A stretch of DNA of 64,000 nt from Chrysomallon squamiferum (taxonomy: Eukaryota; Animalia; Mollusca), in the NCBI GenBank assembly GCA_012295275.1, contig CM022670.1, positions 12,896,001 through 12,960,000 of the forward strand, written 5' to 3'. Within the stretch, counting starts at the first letter, position 1, and the number at the start of each line of letters is the position of its first letter. The position numbers and the translations under genes were made by a program. Positions 26,083-40,400 of this stretch are shown one piece after another. The notes below the pieces were generated by a model that saw only the letters and a program-made list of their open reading frames with translations, was not told where the DNA came from and ran no database searches.

Positions 26083-26482
26083 TGGCAGCTTGTTCTCTCA
26101 AGTGGAAAGTTGTATTTTATGATTAATGAATTTTACAGTTTTAATTCTTGGAGACATGGTTAATGTTATTATTTTATTTTATTTTATTTTATTTTATTTT
26201 ATTTTTAAAATTTGTTTGTATGTGTGTTTTGGATTATTTAAAAAAAAAAAAATATGAAAATGAAAATAATAAAAACCTGTGATTTTTTAAAAACAAGGAA
26301 GGCCAAAATAATGACAGTTGATTACAAAATTATTTAAAATTTATGAACTTTGTGGTGTGTAGTAAATAACAGCATTTTAATACTTGAAATAATTAGTGCA
26401 TTTATTTTTTAATCTGCTTTATTTATTTCTGTTGTATCAGTTACAGTAGCAACCTTTCCACTTGAGAGACTAAAGCTGCTAG
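26083..26482. repeat. Long-range inverted repeat (arms about 30 bp, spacer about 340 nt)
   Basis: 26094-26109 TCTCTCAAGTGGAAAG is the exact reverse complement of 26454-26469 CTTTCCACTTGAGAGA. Flanks GCAGCTT/AAGCTGC and GTTG/CAAC extend the pairing. Confidence 0.8.
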
Positions 26483-28065
26483 TAGCAGTATATAGTTTGT
26501 AGACCATTAAAAATAATTAAATATGTTAGTCATTAAAAAAAATATAGTATAACACAGTTGTTAGTGATGCATTATAGGTGATAATAATAGTAAACTAATA
26601 TGTTGAAATTCTGAGTATGATATTAAATAAATTGATGTTAATTGGAGAATTGGTGATTATTACTTAACCTAGGCAGTTAGTGATCTTACACTAATAGTGA
26701 TTCTAGGCTGTCAAGTTATTCTTTTACTTACATTGTGCAGATACTATTCATGTAGATAGCAGAAATAATGTTATTTTATGTAGTTTGATATTCTTGCTGA
26801 TTAACTGGCAACAGATTTTAGAGTATCATAGTGAAGTATAAGGCAGTGTCACAAGCATTTATTATTGTTATTATTTTTTTTTTTTTCCATATCTTTGCAT
26901 GTCTCTGCATTACATTCTTGGCATGGCTTTGAAGCTCTGTGCTAATTGTCTTTTTGCATGTGCTTTTATGTGTTTGTTATAACTGTAGGTTGTGGTTACA
27001 TAACATTTTTATATGTGAAATAAAACTGATGGAAAGAGTTGCTTGTTTGTGAAATAAATTATAATTTTATTTTATTTTTTGGGGGGAGAGGTGTGTTTGA
27101 CAGATATCTAAATAACTAAATTTTGACTGAAAAATATTTTATTTTATTTTATTTATTTTAATTTATTTCATTTTGTTTTTTTTTTTTTTTTTTTTTTTTG
27201 AAAATGGAATCCTTTAATATTTATTTTCACAATTTTAGAATATTTATTCCCAAAAAAAAATTAACGTAATAAAAAAGACCTAAATTAAATTTAAATAAAA
27301 AAAAAGAAAACATTATATATCAATTCTCAAGGATTCTTCATGTCTGCTTTAATTTTTTAATTTTTTTTTTACTGCAAGTGACATAATATAGAGTTAGAAT
27401 TTCTTTATTTAAATCTTCAAATTTTGAACTTAATTGCTACAATTTATTGATTAAAATATATCAGTTTCTCTATGCAGAAAAAGCACATGACAAATTCTGA
27501 GAATTTTATTATTATTTATTTTACATACATATTTTTTTTACACTCTCATTAACCCACATTTGCATGAATACTAATCTCCCCTTCTAACAAACTAACATTG
27601 TTACTTAATAATTTAAATTACATTACTGTATTTATCCAGGAGTTAACAATTTTGCATAAAAATAATGTGGGTACAACAAGAATCGAAATACAGAACATTG
27701 AAACAGAAAAGGGGCTAAAAATAAAATGAAGAAATGAATGGTAAAATGTAATAATGTTCATACACAACAAATAAAACCATATGCTGCAATCTGATCAGTA
27801 ATTGTTAAAAAACAAATTTGAAAAATTGTGCCTTAATCTTCTGATACAGATTTATCTTTTAGGCAATCCATTTCTATTGGGGGTGGGGTGGAGTATTGTT
27901 TTTTTATTACACTTTTAAGTGATCTCATTAATGTTATTTATAGCACATAAAATGTTTTCCTATTTAAATCAAAGATCATGATCCAAGCCAGGGATTGGTT
28001 GATTTTGATACATCCATTTTCATCATTTCATTACAACTGAAATAGTTATATATTTTCAAAGTTGA

Positions 28066-28124
<59 letters not shown>
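28066..28124. repeat. (TTA)n microsatellite
   Basis: About 19 units. Confidence 0.9.
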
Positions 28125-28125
<1 letters not shown>

Positions 28126-29163
28126 AGTTGTATGTGCAAAAATACAGTATTTGTGACCTTCAGTAAATTATGTTTTAATTAGATTCCAACCACTACATAT
28201 TTTTCTTACCTCTGTTTCTATATTCACTACTTTTCTTGTTCAAACTGTTTAATATCCATAGTTAAAAAAAGACTAAAAAAAATAAAAAAAATAAAAATAA
28301 GTAAATAAATTTTTAAAAACCCACAAAAAACAATAAAAGCAAAAAACAACAACCACAAAACAAAATATTTATTGTTTCTTAATTAACTGTAAATGTTTTT
28401 TCCATTCCAACCATATAAAGGGAAAAAAAATGTATTATCTAGAACCCATTTTTAAACATTTAGTTGAAATGTTTGTGTTATGTAACTATTGTTGCTTAGT
28501 TTTAGTATTACATGTGCATGCATATAAACTTTTGTGGTTAGAATGGGAAAAAATTGTTTTATTGCATTTGATGTAATAACAAGCTGTTGTTATTTATTTA
28601 TTATTCACTGAGCTGTGTTTGTTATGTCTGCTGTGTAATATCAATATAAATGTATGTCATGTATTTTGTGTGATGTTTATACTGTAATGGCAGTTTGTAA
28701 AAAAAAAAAAAAAAAAAAAAAAATGTATTAAAAAGAGCCTAAAATGCCAAAGTCATTATATCAGCTTATATATGTTTCTAATTACATTCATATAAGCATT
28801 ATATTTATTTTTCTACACTCTTTTATATGTGTATTCTGTTGCATGAAGCCTTGAGTTATTTCTATATATCATATTTTTTAATATAATTATTTAAAAATGT
28901 GTATATTGCCAATGTTAATAAACTTTATATAATCTGCTATGCCTATTAATAAATCTGCCTGTTTTTTAATTTTTTTAAATTTATTTTTACAATACATTAA
29001 AATCCATTAATTAAATTAACATCTAATAAAATAATATATCAAATACAACTTGAACAATGCTGATTAAATAAATTCTGTAATATAAAAATCATGTATAAGT
29101 CAATTATATGATATGGATATTCAGATTTTTTGATTTTTTATTTATTGATTTTATTTGATAGTC

Positions 29164-29164
<1 letters not shown>

Positions 29165-29203
<39 letters not shown>
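29165..29203. repeat. (TAA)n microsatellite
   Basis: About 13 units. Confidence 0.9.
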
Positions 29204-29204
<1 letters not shown>

Positions 29205-29722
29205 TAATGATACATAATTAATAATTAATCTTGGCATGACATTTCCATGTAATAATAAAACAACTTTGAAAAATAAACAATTTTTAAAAAGTATTGATAT
29301 TAAGCTGAACATAGTAATTTAATTAACTTTTTAAGGAAATAAGATTAAAAAAGGTATTCTACATTCATGGACATGATAGTTTAATAAAAAAATAAATAAA
29401 TAAATAAATATTTTTTAAAATCTTTTTAAGCTTTTCATTATTACGTATATATATGCTGTACTGTCTAATATGCCAATTAACAGCTTCTCTGCATTTTAAC
29501 ATTTCTTTTCTTTATCTCTTCATAATATAAACAAAATAAATAGCAGTAAATAAATTATAAATGTAGATTTTCAGTATTATGGGTCTGTTCTATTTGCATT
29601 GTAGTAAATATTACTAAGTTAATTAGTTGTTAATACAAGTTTTTTAATCATTATTTTTAGTTAATTTGCAGTCTTTCCATTCTGTTATATAAAATAATCT
29701 TTATAATTAACTTTTACTTCAG

Positions 29723-29944
29723 ATTCATGACAAACGCTTAAGGCAGTACCGTGAGAATCTGGAAAATGTTGACTCTGAGTTGATTACCAGTATGTGTAAG
29801 AAAAGGAAGCACCAGGATGGAGCAGAATGTGTAAAAGTGGATCTTGATTCCATAAACAGTCGTTACATGCATATGGTCAAATGGGCAAGTGTCCGACTGA
29901 AGGACATTACAGCCATTCTTTCACAAGCAGATGTTGATGTGCAG
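29723..29944 (+). CDS. MACF1: Spectraplakin exon, end of plakin domain
   Basis: ttcag|IHDKRLRQYRENLENVDSELITSMCKKRKHQDGAECVKVDLDSINSRYMHMVKWASVRLKDI...DVQ|gtaat. Confidence 0.9.
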
Positions 29945-31432
29945 GTAATTCTAATTTTGGTCTCTTAGAACTTGTTAAATACTCCTAATGAATCTTACAA
30001 CTGGGTTAAATGATGGTAAGGAAATGATGCTGTGGAATTTTTGGTGCTCCGGAACAGTTTTAAAGAATACTAAAGAGTTTCTTAAATGATGGACAAGAAG
30101 AATTTAAGTATATTTTGATTAAGTCTATTTTATTTTTTTTTTATCATTTTAGATATCAGAAATTGATTTTTGCTTTCTGAACCATCCCATAATGTCATTT
30201 GAACTGTATGGTTTATCCAAATAATAGTTTATATGAACTAGACATTTTTGCTTGAATGATTGCAGTTTATTTCGACTCATTGAAAAAAGGTTATCTGATT
30301 TGATTTTCTTATCCTCTACACTACATAATAGCTGCTAAGCTTTAATACAACCATCATCATTAATATAACAGAGATTGATAAAAAGTCTTTTCTCACATTG
30401 AGGATGCTAGTGATGCTTTGAATGTTGGTGGTCAAGCAAAAAAGATTTGCAGTAAGCCACCTTGGATTCGAGTTCATCGATGGCTGGTATGTTTTCACAT
30501 TTGATCAAACCAGCTGATTCGTGGTTTACTGATGGCACTTTAACATTATGTTTGGTTGCTGCATTCTTTATAATTTCTAGACGATACAGACTATTTCTTT
30601 ACAGCACACTTACATACATGTTTTATTATTTGGATTGCTGCACATTTGAGAGTGTTTTATCACAGCAATAAATATAGTGAAATAAACATGGATCTGACAG
30701 TCCACATACATCAGGAATTATTTTAATAAATACATTTTAAATATATAATAGATATTAAAATAGTTCAATGCTTTATTCAGTTTAAACAAGATTGGTCAGT
30801 AAAAGATCATTTGACATTGCACTGCAACACAAAGTGTAAAATATTAGATTTTAATAATAAAAATAAACACATATATATTTTTTTTAAACTTTACCATAAG
30901 TATTATCATTACATTTTTTTCACATTTTGCATTGTATTTTACAATGATGTACTCAATATATGTGAGCATTTTTAAGAACTGAAAATTAATGTAATGTTTA
31001 TTATTGAATTTATTACATACAATATGCTGTCTTACTAAAACCAGTAGTTATCACTCTGTTCATTGTATTCACTGTTTGTTGACAAACTATTTGAACATTA
31101 CTTGTCTTACTCTACAATTTTTTTTTTTTTTTTAATTAAAAACTTTTTTTTACTGGATTTTTTTATGTTCCTTTTTATTTTGTATATTAATTGATGTAAG
31201 CTTTATTTTATCATTAATCAATGTGTAAATTATTGTAATGACAGCTTTCAAATATATTAAATATCTCTTCCAAAGAAAAACTTGACATACCTTGAAATTA
31301 TTTTATAATGGTGTCATGTCTTTCTATGTTTGTACAGTTTGTGTTTGAGTGGTATGTATGAATGCTTCAAAAAATAAAAATAAATTTGATAAACAAAAAT
31401 TATTAATTACATTCATTTTTTCATTCTTTCAG

Positions 31433-34400
31433 TTCCAAATGGTGATAGATGATGAAATTCCACTGTTAAGAACATTCCGTGCAGAGTTGGCAAAGCGTTC
31501 CTCTATGTTGTTTGATGAAGACATGGAAGGATTCTACCATCAGCTGTCAGAATTTGAAGGCTACGGAAATTTCTCTGGAGCATTTTTGGGGGCGAGTGAC
31601 CAACATACATTCAACCAGGCAAATGCCACTGCTACTGCAACAGCTGAGTTTTCCACACAGAGAAGTACACATATGACACCCATGGACACTTCTACTGTCA
31701 AAATACCTTCTGCAGGGGAACACAATTTAGCACAGTTATCCTTTGCATTACATCAAGTTGAAAGAGCATCAGCATCTCAAGAATTTGTAGTTGAAGAGAG
31801 AGTGAAAAAACAAGCAGATCAACAAACGTTGATTACAGTGAAAAGCAATGAGGTATCTTCCAGAGGACCTGTTCTCTGTGAATCAGCCATTTTCAATTCA
31901 CAAACTCGTGAGAAACTGACTTTAGTAGAAGCTATTCAAACTGGTTTGATAGACCCTGTCAGCCAGACTTACAATGATCCTGTTTCCAAGAGAAGGATTC
32001 CATTATCTCAAGCGGTGTCACAAGGATTTGTTTCTGAAAGTTTGTATAAACAGTTGATATCTTCCTCTGGTATTAAAGATCCCAGATCCAGAAGAGATCT
32101 CACTGTTATTGAGGCAGTAGGAAGAAATTTGTATAATCCAGTTACTAACACAGTGAAAGACCCACTAACTGCAGAATCTGTCCCACTTCAAGAAGCTTTG
32201 TCTCGAGGTCTAGTGTCTGAAACCTGTAGAGATTCTCTGCTAGGTCAGTCTGTCAGTCTTACTTCAATTACCCATTCTCAAGCCTTATTTTCTCCCAGTG
32301 ATCTTTCAAAAACTGAAGCCACTCTGAGTCTTGTTCAGGCTATTGACAAAGGACTTTATGACAAATCAATTGGAACAATAACTGACCCTGTAAAATGGAA
32401 ACAAATGACTATTCTGGAAGCTGTGGAATGTGGCAGAATTAATTCAGTCTGTTGTGAAATTGCTGATCCAGACAATGGAAACTTCATATCACTGACAGAA
32501 GCAGTAAAAAAGGGTGTGATAGATCCTGTGTCTGGAGTTTATATTCATAAAGGTACCAACAGAAGAATTCCACTTGATGAAGCTGTACAACATGGGTTAC
32601 TGCATCATCCCACACCATTGCTAGATGTTGTAGTTGATGGAGGTCTTTTGGAAGATGGCAAAGTCTATGATAAAACATCAGGAGAAACTGTAACTCTAAT
32701 TGATGCCATAAATTCTGGGCAGATTGATGGTGACAGGAAATGTATTATGGATCCCAGAACTAATGAAATGACATCACTTAGGGATGCTGTGAAATGTGGT
32801 CTCATAAATTCCAAAGGAAATTATATTTCTCCAATTACCCACAGAGAAAAACCCTTATTGGATGCATTACAAGATGGTGATTTAAAACTTGTCAGTGAAG
32901 ATATATCATTTTCAAGAAGTGGTATCAGAGATACATCTAGGAATCAAAATATTTCTGTGGCAGAGGCCCTGAAAAGAGGGATTATAACAAAAAAAGGAAC
33001 ATACAAAGACACAAGAACAGGAACGGAAATGACCATAAAACAGGCTGCAGATCGTGGGTTTTTAGACCCTTCACTTGTCAGTGTCTTAAACCAGAAAACA
33101 GGACTTGTTGACAAGACAGGTCAACAAATTTCCATTCTAAATGCTATAGGACAGGACATTGTTATTCCTGAGGAAGGTGTCATTAAGGACCAAAGAACAG
33201 GAGAAACACTCACATTCCAATATGCTGCAAGTCAAGGTATTATTACTCCTGATGAAGCCAAAGATATTCTAGAATTGATTAGTCCTGTTATCACATCTAC
33301 CTCCATCCTCACTCGAATACATCCCACTCACAATGAAACTGTGACTAGATCCCTAACAATTTCTGAAGCAACATCAAGAGGTTTGCTTGATGATCGTACT
33401 CAAAGATATACTCATCCAGAGAGTGGATTGTCCATGTCTGTGCAAGAAGCAATTGAGAAAGGTTACCTTAGTCTTTCATCACAGTGGCCAGACACATCAG
33501 TGTTCAAAACTTTTGATGAAGTAGATCATTCCCAGAGCACATATAAATTTACTTCAAAACAAATCAGTGAAGCCAAACATCCACCAGCAGCTGCACCAGC
33601 TGCTTCTGTTGAATCAAGCTTTTTGACCAAAGCTGGTGGGTCATATTCCTTCACAATGACAAGTGTTACTCAGCCATCTGTCACACAAACTGTCATCTCA
33701 GAGACAAGACGTATGACTCTGAAGTCTGTTATTGATCCTAGAACTGGCAAAGAAATAAACATAACAGAAGCCATGAAGAAACATCTTATAGACCTTGATG
33801 CAGGTACTTACAGAGATCCTGTCACAAAATCAACTATGCCATTGAACATTGCTGTTGAGAAGGGATACATTACAGCTGATCTTGTTTCTGAACCATCACC
33901 AGACAGTGGTGAACCTATAAAGGAAACGAGATCATTTTCCATTACAGGTGTGATACACCCAAAAACTGGGGAACGGCTGACTGTGAGTCGTGCAATACAT
34001 GATAGAATTCTGGACCAAGATCAAGGTGTTTATCATGGACTTGACAAAACTGGCAGACCTTTGCCAATGCCAATTAGTGAAGCAATTCAGAAAGGTTTTG
34101 TTATTGCTGAAGACATAACAACAACTGTATCTCTGCCTGGATCAATGTTGAGAGAAACCAAAACATTTATGCTTAAGAGTGTGGTCCATCCACTGACAGG
34201 GAAAATACTTTCAGTTGCTGATGCTGTTGAACAAGGTATTATTGATGAATCAGAAGGACTTTATATAAATACTGTTACAGGGACCAAGCTATCAATTCAT
34301 GAAGCAATTGAGAAAAAACTGATTGAAGCAGAACTGACTTCAGTGAGTTCCAATACTGAAGCTGATGTGAATAAGATCACCACCACCAAATTTTCTACAC

Positions 34401-37400
34401 TTGCAGTCACAGCTGTTGTTGATCCACGCACTGGCAGACTCATTACAGTTCACAGGGCAATCGAAGAAGGAATTCTTGACCATGCCAATGGAATTTACTA
34501 TAATCCAGTAACTAAGGAATCTATGCAGCTTAATGAAGCCATTGACAGCAATTTGGTATTAGTGGACACAACAAAAGCAACTGAAGAAACTGACAGATCA
34601 AGCATCACCAGCATTCACATCACCGATGAGCAGGAGTCCAATGAGTGCATACTTGTTGAAGATGTCCACACTGAATCTATGACTTTAAGCATCACTAATG
34701 TTATAGATCCAAGAACAATGGAAATGGTATCCTTTGAAGAGGCTGTAAAATCAGGCATCTTGAATATCAATGAAGGGATTTACTTCAACCCTACCACTGG
34801 TGAAACTATGGCACTGGCATTAGCTATGGAGAAAGGTTTGATCCATGGAGAAATAACTGACAGAACCCAAGAAGAAGAACTAATGAGAAGTTCAGTAATT
34901 TCTGACAAACCTGCTTTTCCTCTGAAAATGATAACATCTGTTATAGACCCACGATCTGGCAAACAGATATCAGTTGCAAAGGCTGTTAGGGAAGGTTTGG
35001 TAAATGTAGAAAAAGGCACATTTACTGACACGAGGACTGGCAATACAATAAAACTGGAAGATGCTCTCAAGCAAGGTTTTATTAATCCATCAAAACATAG
35101 CAATACTGCCCAGCTGGAAAAATCAATGGATGAAGAAGATGCTTTTGAATCACAAGTTCTTTATAAGAAAATGTTGGACAATGAACCTCACTGGTCACTT
35201 GTTGAAATGGAGCTTGAAAAGACCACATTAGAAGAACCAGAAGAATCAGCTGTTGCTACAGAAGTGCTGCATTATTCAACTGAAATAGAAAGCCACAGTC
35301 CACTGAATATATCTACCGATTCTGTGGATAGGAAAGGTGAAACATACTCCTTTCCTTCTAAAGAAGCAGAACCACTTGGTCTTTCATTCCTTGCTGCAGC
35401 CAAGCTGGGCATTGTGGATATGAACAGTGGAAAAGTTAGAAATCCTAAAACTGGGATGTGTATGACACTTGAACAAGCTATTGCTTCAGGTCTGATTGAT
35501 GAAAGCAAACCAGCAGTATGTGACAATGCTGGAAAAATGGTAACACTTAGAGAGTGCCTTCACAGAAATCTGATAGATCCTAAAACCTGCCTGTTAGATA
35601 AAACCAAAGCTAAGAATGAAAAGATAAACCAGCCCCAGAAAGTGGATAAAATGAACTTGCTTGATGTTTTTGAAAGTGGACTTCTGAATGCACAAACAGG
35701 AAAGATTTATGATCCTATTTCAGGAAAGTATTTTTCTCTGCAGGAAGCTTTGGCTAAAAATATTATTGATGGCGCTATGGTAACTGTTAAAGATACTCAA
35801 TCTGGAGAAAGGGTGCCATTAAAACGTGCACTTGTTCAAGGTCTTATTGATGGTAATCGTTGTTTGGTATGGGACAAAAAGACCAATAAAAGAATTCCTT
35901 TTGGAATAGCAGTAGAAAGAGGCTTAGTACAAAATATGTTTGATGAATCAACAGGCAGTGTGTTGGATGTACACACAGGCAAATTGATTCCACTTGACAA
36001 AGCTCTAATTGAAGGAAAATTGAAGTCCACTGATGTAACAATTACAGATTCACAAACTGGGGATAAGATGTCCTTAGAGACAGCTTTAAGAAAAGGAATG
36101 GTTGACAGATCAGGTGAAGTTCTGGATTCAAGAACAGGGCAGAAAATGTCTGCTGATGAAGCCCTTAAAATGGGACTGCTAGCAGTTGTTGGTGCCCCAA
36201 TTCTTGCTGGCAAAATGGTTGTAGATTCTGTTAAAAGAAGACAAGGCACAAAATCTAAAAGACCAGCAGGTATCATTGATAGTCAGGTGAATGGGATTAA
36301 TGGTGAATTTCAACAAGAAGAAATTTCTAAACCAAGGACTACCATTGTGTTTGCTCGGCCTGGTGATGAGATTCGTCCAACAAAACCTGGACAGGACACT
36401 GACCAGTTCTCAGAGACAATACAAGATGGTGATATGGTAAGTGTGGTAGTTGGTCAAACACCTATAGACAATATATCCTCACATGTATCCTCTACACACA
36501 CATCTAGTTCTTCTTTCAATACACATGACATGAAAGTGGAGAGAACAGAAGTTGATACAAAGCCTGTTTCTCTTTCCCATTACCAGGACTCTTTGTCCAC
36601 TTCTGGGTTCCATCATGATCCTGTCTCAAGTGCATATAAAGTCTCAAAAGAGTCCAAACTGCTGGACCATTCCCAACCACAACTTGTTGAAAAAAATCTA
36701 GATATAGATTGGCAGTCAGGAAAGGTGACCATCATATCCTCGGGAGAACAATTGACTGTTGCCGAAGCTGTTCAGAAAGGTGTTTTAGATTCAGAGACTG
36801 TTGATAGGTTAGCAGAAACTGCCATTCCTAAACTCAGAAGTAGCAGAGAAATAAGTATTAACTGGGAAGATGGCACAATAACTAAAAAGTCGACAGGCCT
36901 AAAATACACAGTAAATCAAGCTTTTGATGAACACTTCATTGACAGACCTACTGCAGAAACTCTTGTTGCAGTGCTGGGAGATGGTGACCAAAGCAGACAG
37001 TCATCAACTGAACCTGGCAATGTACAAATGGCAACAGAAATAAGAAAGTCTGTAGTTGTAGAGAGCAAACCAGACATTCAGACATTTGAATTCAAGCAGA
37101 CAACATCCACATATAAAATATCAGAAACCACTGAAATCAGTTCAGCTCCATCACTGGTACATTTTGTTAAAAAAGAAATGGATAACTTGACTCTTGGGGA
37201 AATGATCAAGGATAATTTGTTTGAAGCTGAAACAGGCAGAGTCATTGATCCTAGGACAGGCCTCTGCATGTCTGTGAAAGAAGCTCTAGAAAGAAACCTT
37301 GTGAATGGCAATGAATCACAGATCAGAGATCCAGCCAGTGGGAAAGTTATTACTCTGAACCAGGCAGTAGAGTCAAAGGTGTTTGATCCTCTCACAGGAA

Positions 37401-40400
37401 AGCTGAGCCATGTTGGTACAGGAGAAAAAATAACACTGCAAGAGGCAGTATATGAAGGTTTAATTCCTGGTTCTTGTGACTTTGATTCCAGTGGCAGTCC
37501 TATTGGTTTGTCTCCTCCACATAAACAAGCAATGTCATCTACAGTTGAAATTGAACAACTCCCATCCACTGTTGTTGGTATGTCAATGGAAGAGGCCAAA
37601 GCCAAAGGACTTGTCAACACAGACAGTGGAACATTTACGGAACCAATTACTGGTGATATCATGTCGCTAGCAGCTGCTGTGAGTTATGGATACATTACTT
37701 CTGGAGAACCAGAGAAATTAACCACAAAAACCATCAAAGTATCAAGTACGACAAAAGATAACTTCCAGGAAAGCATATCTCCAGGTGAAATGTATGTTAA
37801 GAAAGAAAAGATTATAGATGAAGGCAATGTGGATAAGATTTCTTTTGCAGAAGCTCTAGATATGGGATACATTGATCTGCAGACAAAAATGTACACAGAT
37901 CCTAACACTGGATCAAAGATGCCTTTAGAAGATGCTATCAGAAAACAGGTTATTGACACTGTAAAACCAATGGAGCCCATACATGTCACTGGTCTCAGCC
38001 TAGATACTGCACAAGAGAAAGGATTATTTGATACACAAGGACATTTTAAAGATCCATTATCTGGGGAAAAAAGGACATTTCACCAAGCAGTTTCTTCTGG
38101 TTCACTGGATGGAAAATATTCTATATATGATGTCAAGTCCCAGAAGGTGATGACTATTGAAGATGGCATGAGTGAAGGCATCATTGATCCAAGAACTGGT
38201 CAGTTTATTGAAGCAAGAACCAATAAGAAATTTACTTTGAATGATGCTGCAAAAATGGGCCTTATAGCATTGATAGGCGCTCCCGTGGCTGCTGCCATGG
38301 CAGTAAAACAGTCACTGGAAGGGGTTTTAGATGATGGTAACACACCTAAAATTGACAAGACTCGTGGAATATCCTTCAAGACATCTTCAGCCAGACAGCT
38401 GTCTCCAGGAACTCTAGAAGTAACACAGATTGAAGAAATCAAACCAAAATCACAACATAGTCCAGAATCTATGACTGTTATGGAAGCTCTATCCAGTGGG
38501 TACCTAAATACCAAAACAGGATTGTTTAAAGATCCAGTTTCTGGAAAAGAAATTACAATTAAACAGGCAATTAGTGATGGATTGATAAAGGGAAAGTCGG
38601 CTGCAATTTCTGACCCAAACAATGGAAAAAGCATTAGTCTTGAACAAGCCTTTGCTGAAGGTATTTTAGATGCAACAGGACATATAATGGACAAATCTTC
38701 AGGTAGAGTTAAGAATCTAGATAATCTCATCAGCAGTGGACTTGTACATGAAGTGACTGATACATCCACACCATCCAGCTCTGTCATTGTTAAAAGTAAT
38801 AAAAAGATTAATGTTAGTTCAGTCTTTGATCCCAGTACACAAACTGAAATTTCCTTGCAGCAGGCTATAGACAGAAACATTCTAAACCTTGAATCTGCCA
38901 CATATGTGGATCCCTTGACCAGACAGTCGGTAGCTATTTCTGAAGCTATTAACAAAGGTTTAGTATCAGGTTCTTTGATGGACGATTCTGGAAGTGTCCA
39001 AGAAGTATCAGGTTTTGCAGCACAGGTTGAATTTTCAGAAAAGAAAACTATCAAACTGAATTCTGTTGTTGATCCATTTTCTGGTAAGAAAATTTCAGTA
39101 GCAAATGCTGTTGACCGAGGTATCATTGATAAGGAGGGCAAGTATTATTCTGATCCATTATCTGGGGAACAAATTCCACTGGACATTGCTGTTGAGAGAC
39201 ATCTGGTTGATGCATCTGAGATCCAGTCTGAAATGACAACTGATGAAAGATACAAGAAATCTTCTGAAAGTTCAGTCACACAAAGCAGGTCAATTAACAT
39301 TGAGTTTGTCACTGATCCAGCCACTGGTAAAGAAATGCATGTATCTGAAGCTTTAAAAGAAGGTGTTTTAAATACTGATGCTGGTGTTGTTGTAAATAAA
39401 CAAACAGGGGAGAAATTATTTATTGGGGAAGCTGTTAAACAGGGGTTTCTAAGAGGTAGGGAAACTGATGTTAAGAGTTCACTGAAATCTGAAAGAACAC
39501 CTGAAAAATCCATGGGTAAATCAGACTTTACTTCGATCCAGCATGGAAAATCTTTTCCTCATGGTGAAAGTGTCTCTGAAGTTTCTGCAACATTTGTTCC
39601 AGCACCAAAATTTGTTGATTCAAAATCAGTATTTAAAACAAATGAGCAAGATTCATTCCCCAAAGGTCAGGTTGAAACTTCTGTGCTGCAGAAATCATTC
39701 AGTATCACAGGAATTATGGATCCAATCACAGGGATAGTCATTCCAGTGGCAGAAGCTGTTGACAAAGGCCTGTTTGATCCAGACAAAGGTGAGGTTGTGG
39801 TTAAGAAAACTGGTGAAACTGTACCACTCGAGGAGGCTATAGAGCATGGTTTTGTCAGTGCAGATGTTGTTGAGGGTCAGGCTCCTCAAGACTTTGCCAT
39901 CATAAAAGGTCTCGTTATAACTAGTGTGTCAGACCCCAGGACAGGACAAGAGATTCCAGTTAAAGAAGCAATCAACAAGGGAATTCTTGATGAACACAAT
40001 GGTATATATTATGACCCAACTACCTCTCTATCTCTGCCAATAGAAGAAGCTTTGAAACAAGGTTTGGTGGAAGGCAGAGATGCAACTAAAGCAGATCAAC
40101 AGAAGCAGGATTCCAAACAGGTGAATGTCACTGGTGTTCTGGACCCAAGAACTGGTCAAGAGGTTAACCTAGAAGAAGCCATTATTAAGGGGTTGGTTGA
40201 CCAACATGTAACTATGTACACAGATCCTTTGACAGGAAGAACAATGAAAATAGAGGATGCCATGAAAGAGAGATATGTGTCTGGCTCAATCCAGACAATT
40301 TCACAAACACAGACAACCATAACAACTAAACGACCATCATTAACATATGACATTACAGGAGCACTTGACACACAAACAGGAAAGAAACTGTCCACCAAGG

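Noticed and set aside
26661-26720. Imperfect local hairpin (CCTAG..TTAGTG/CACTAA..CTAGG) as a pre-miRNA
   Set aside because: Stems are only 5-6 bp with large internal loops, which is insufficient for a miRNA call.
30316-30690. Slightly GC-richer patch with ORF 30462..30671 containing a hydrophobic run (possible TM-tailed terminal exon)
   Set aside because: There is an in-frame stop just upstream (30453) and no phase-0 acceptor leading into it; the other frames are also closed.
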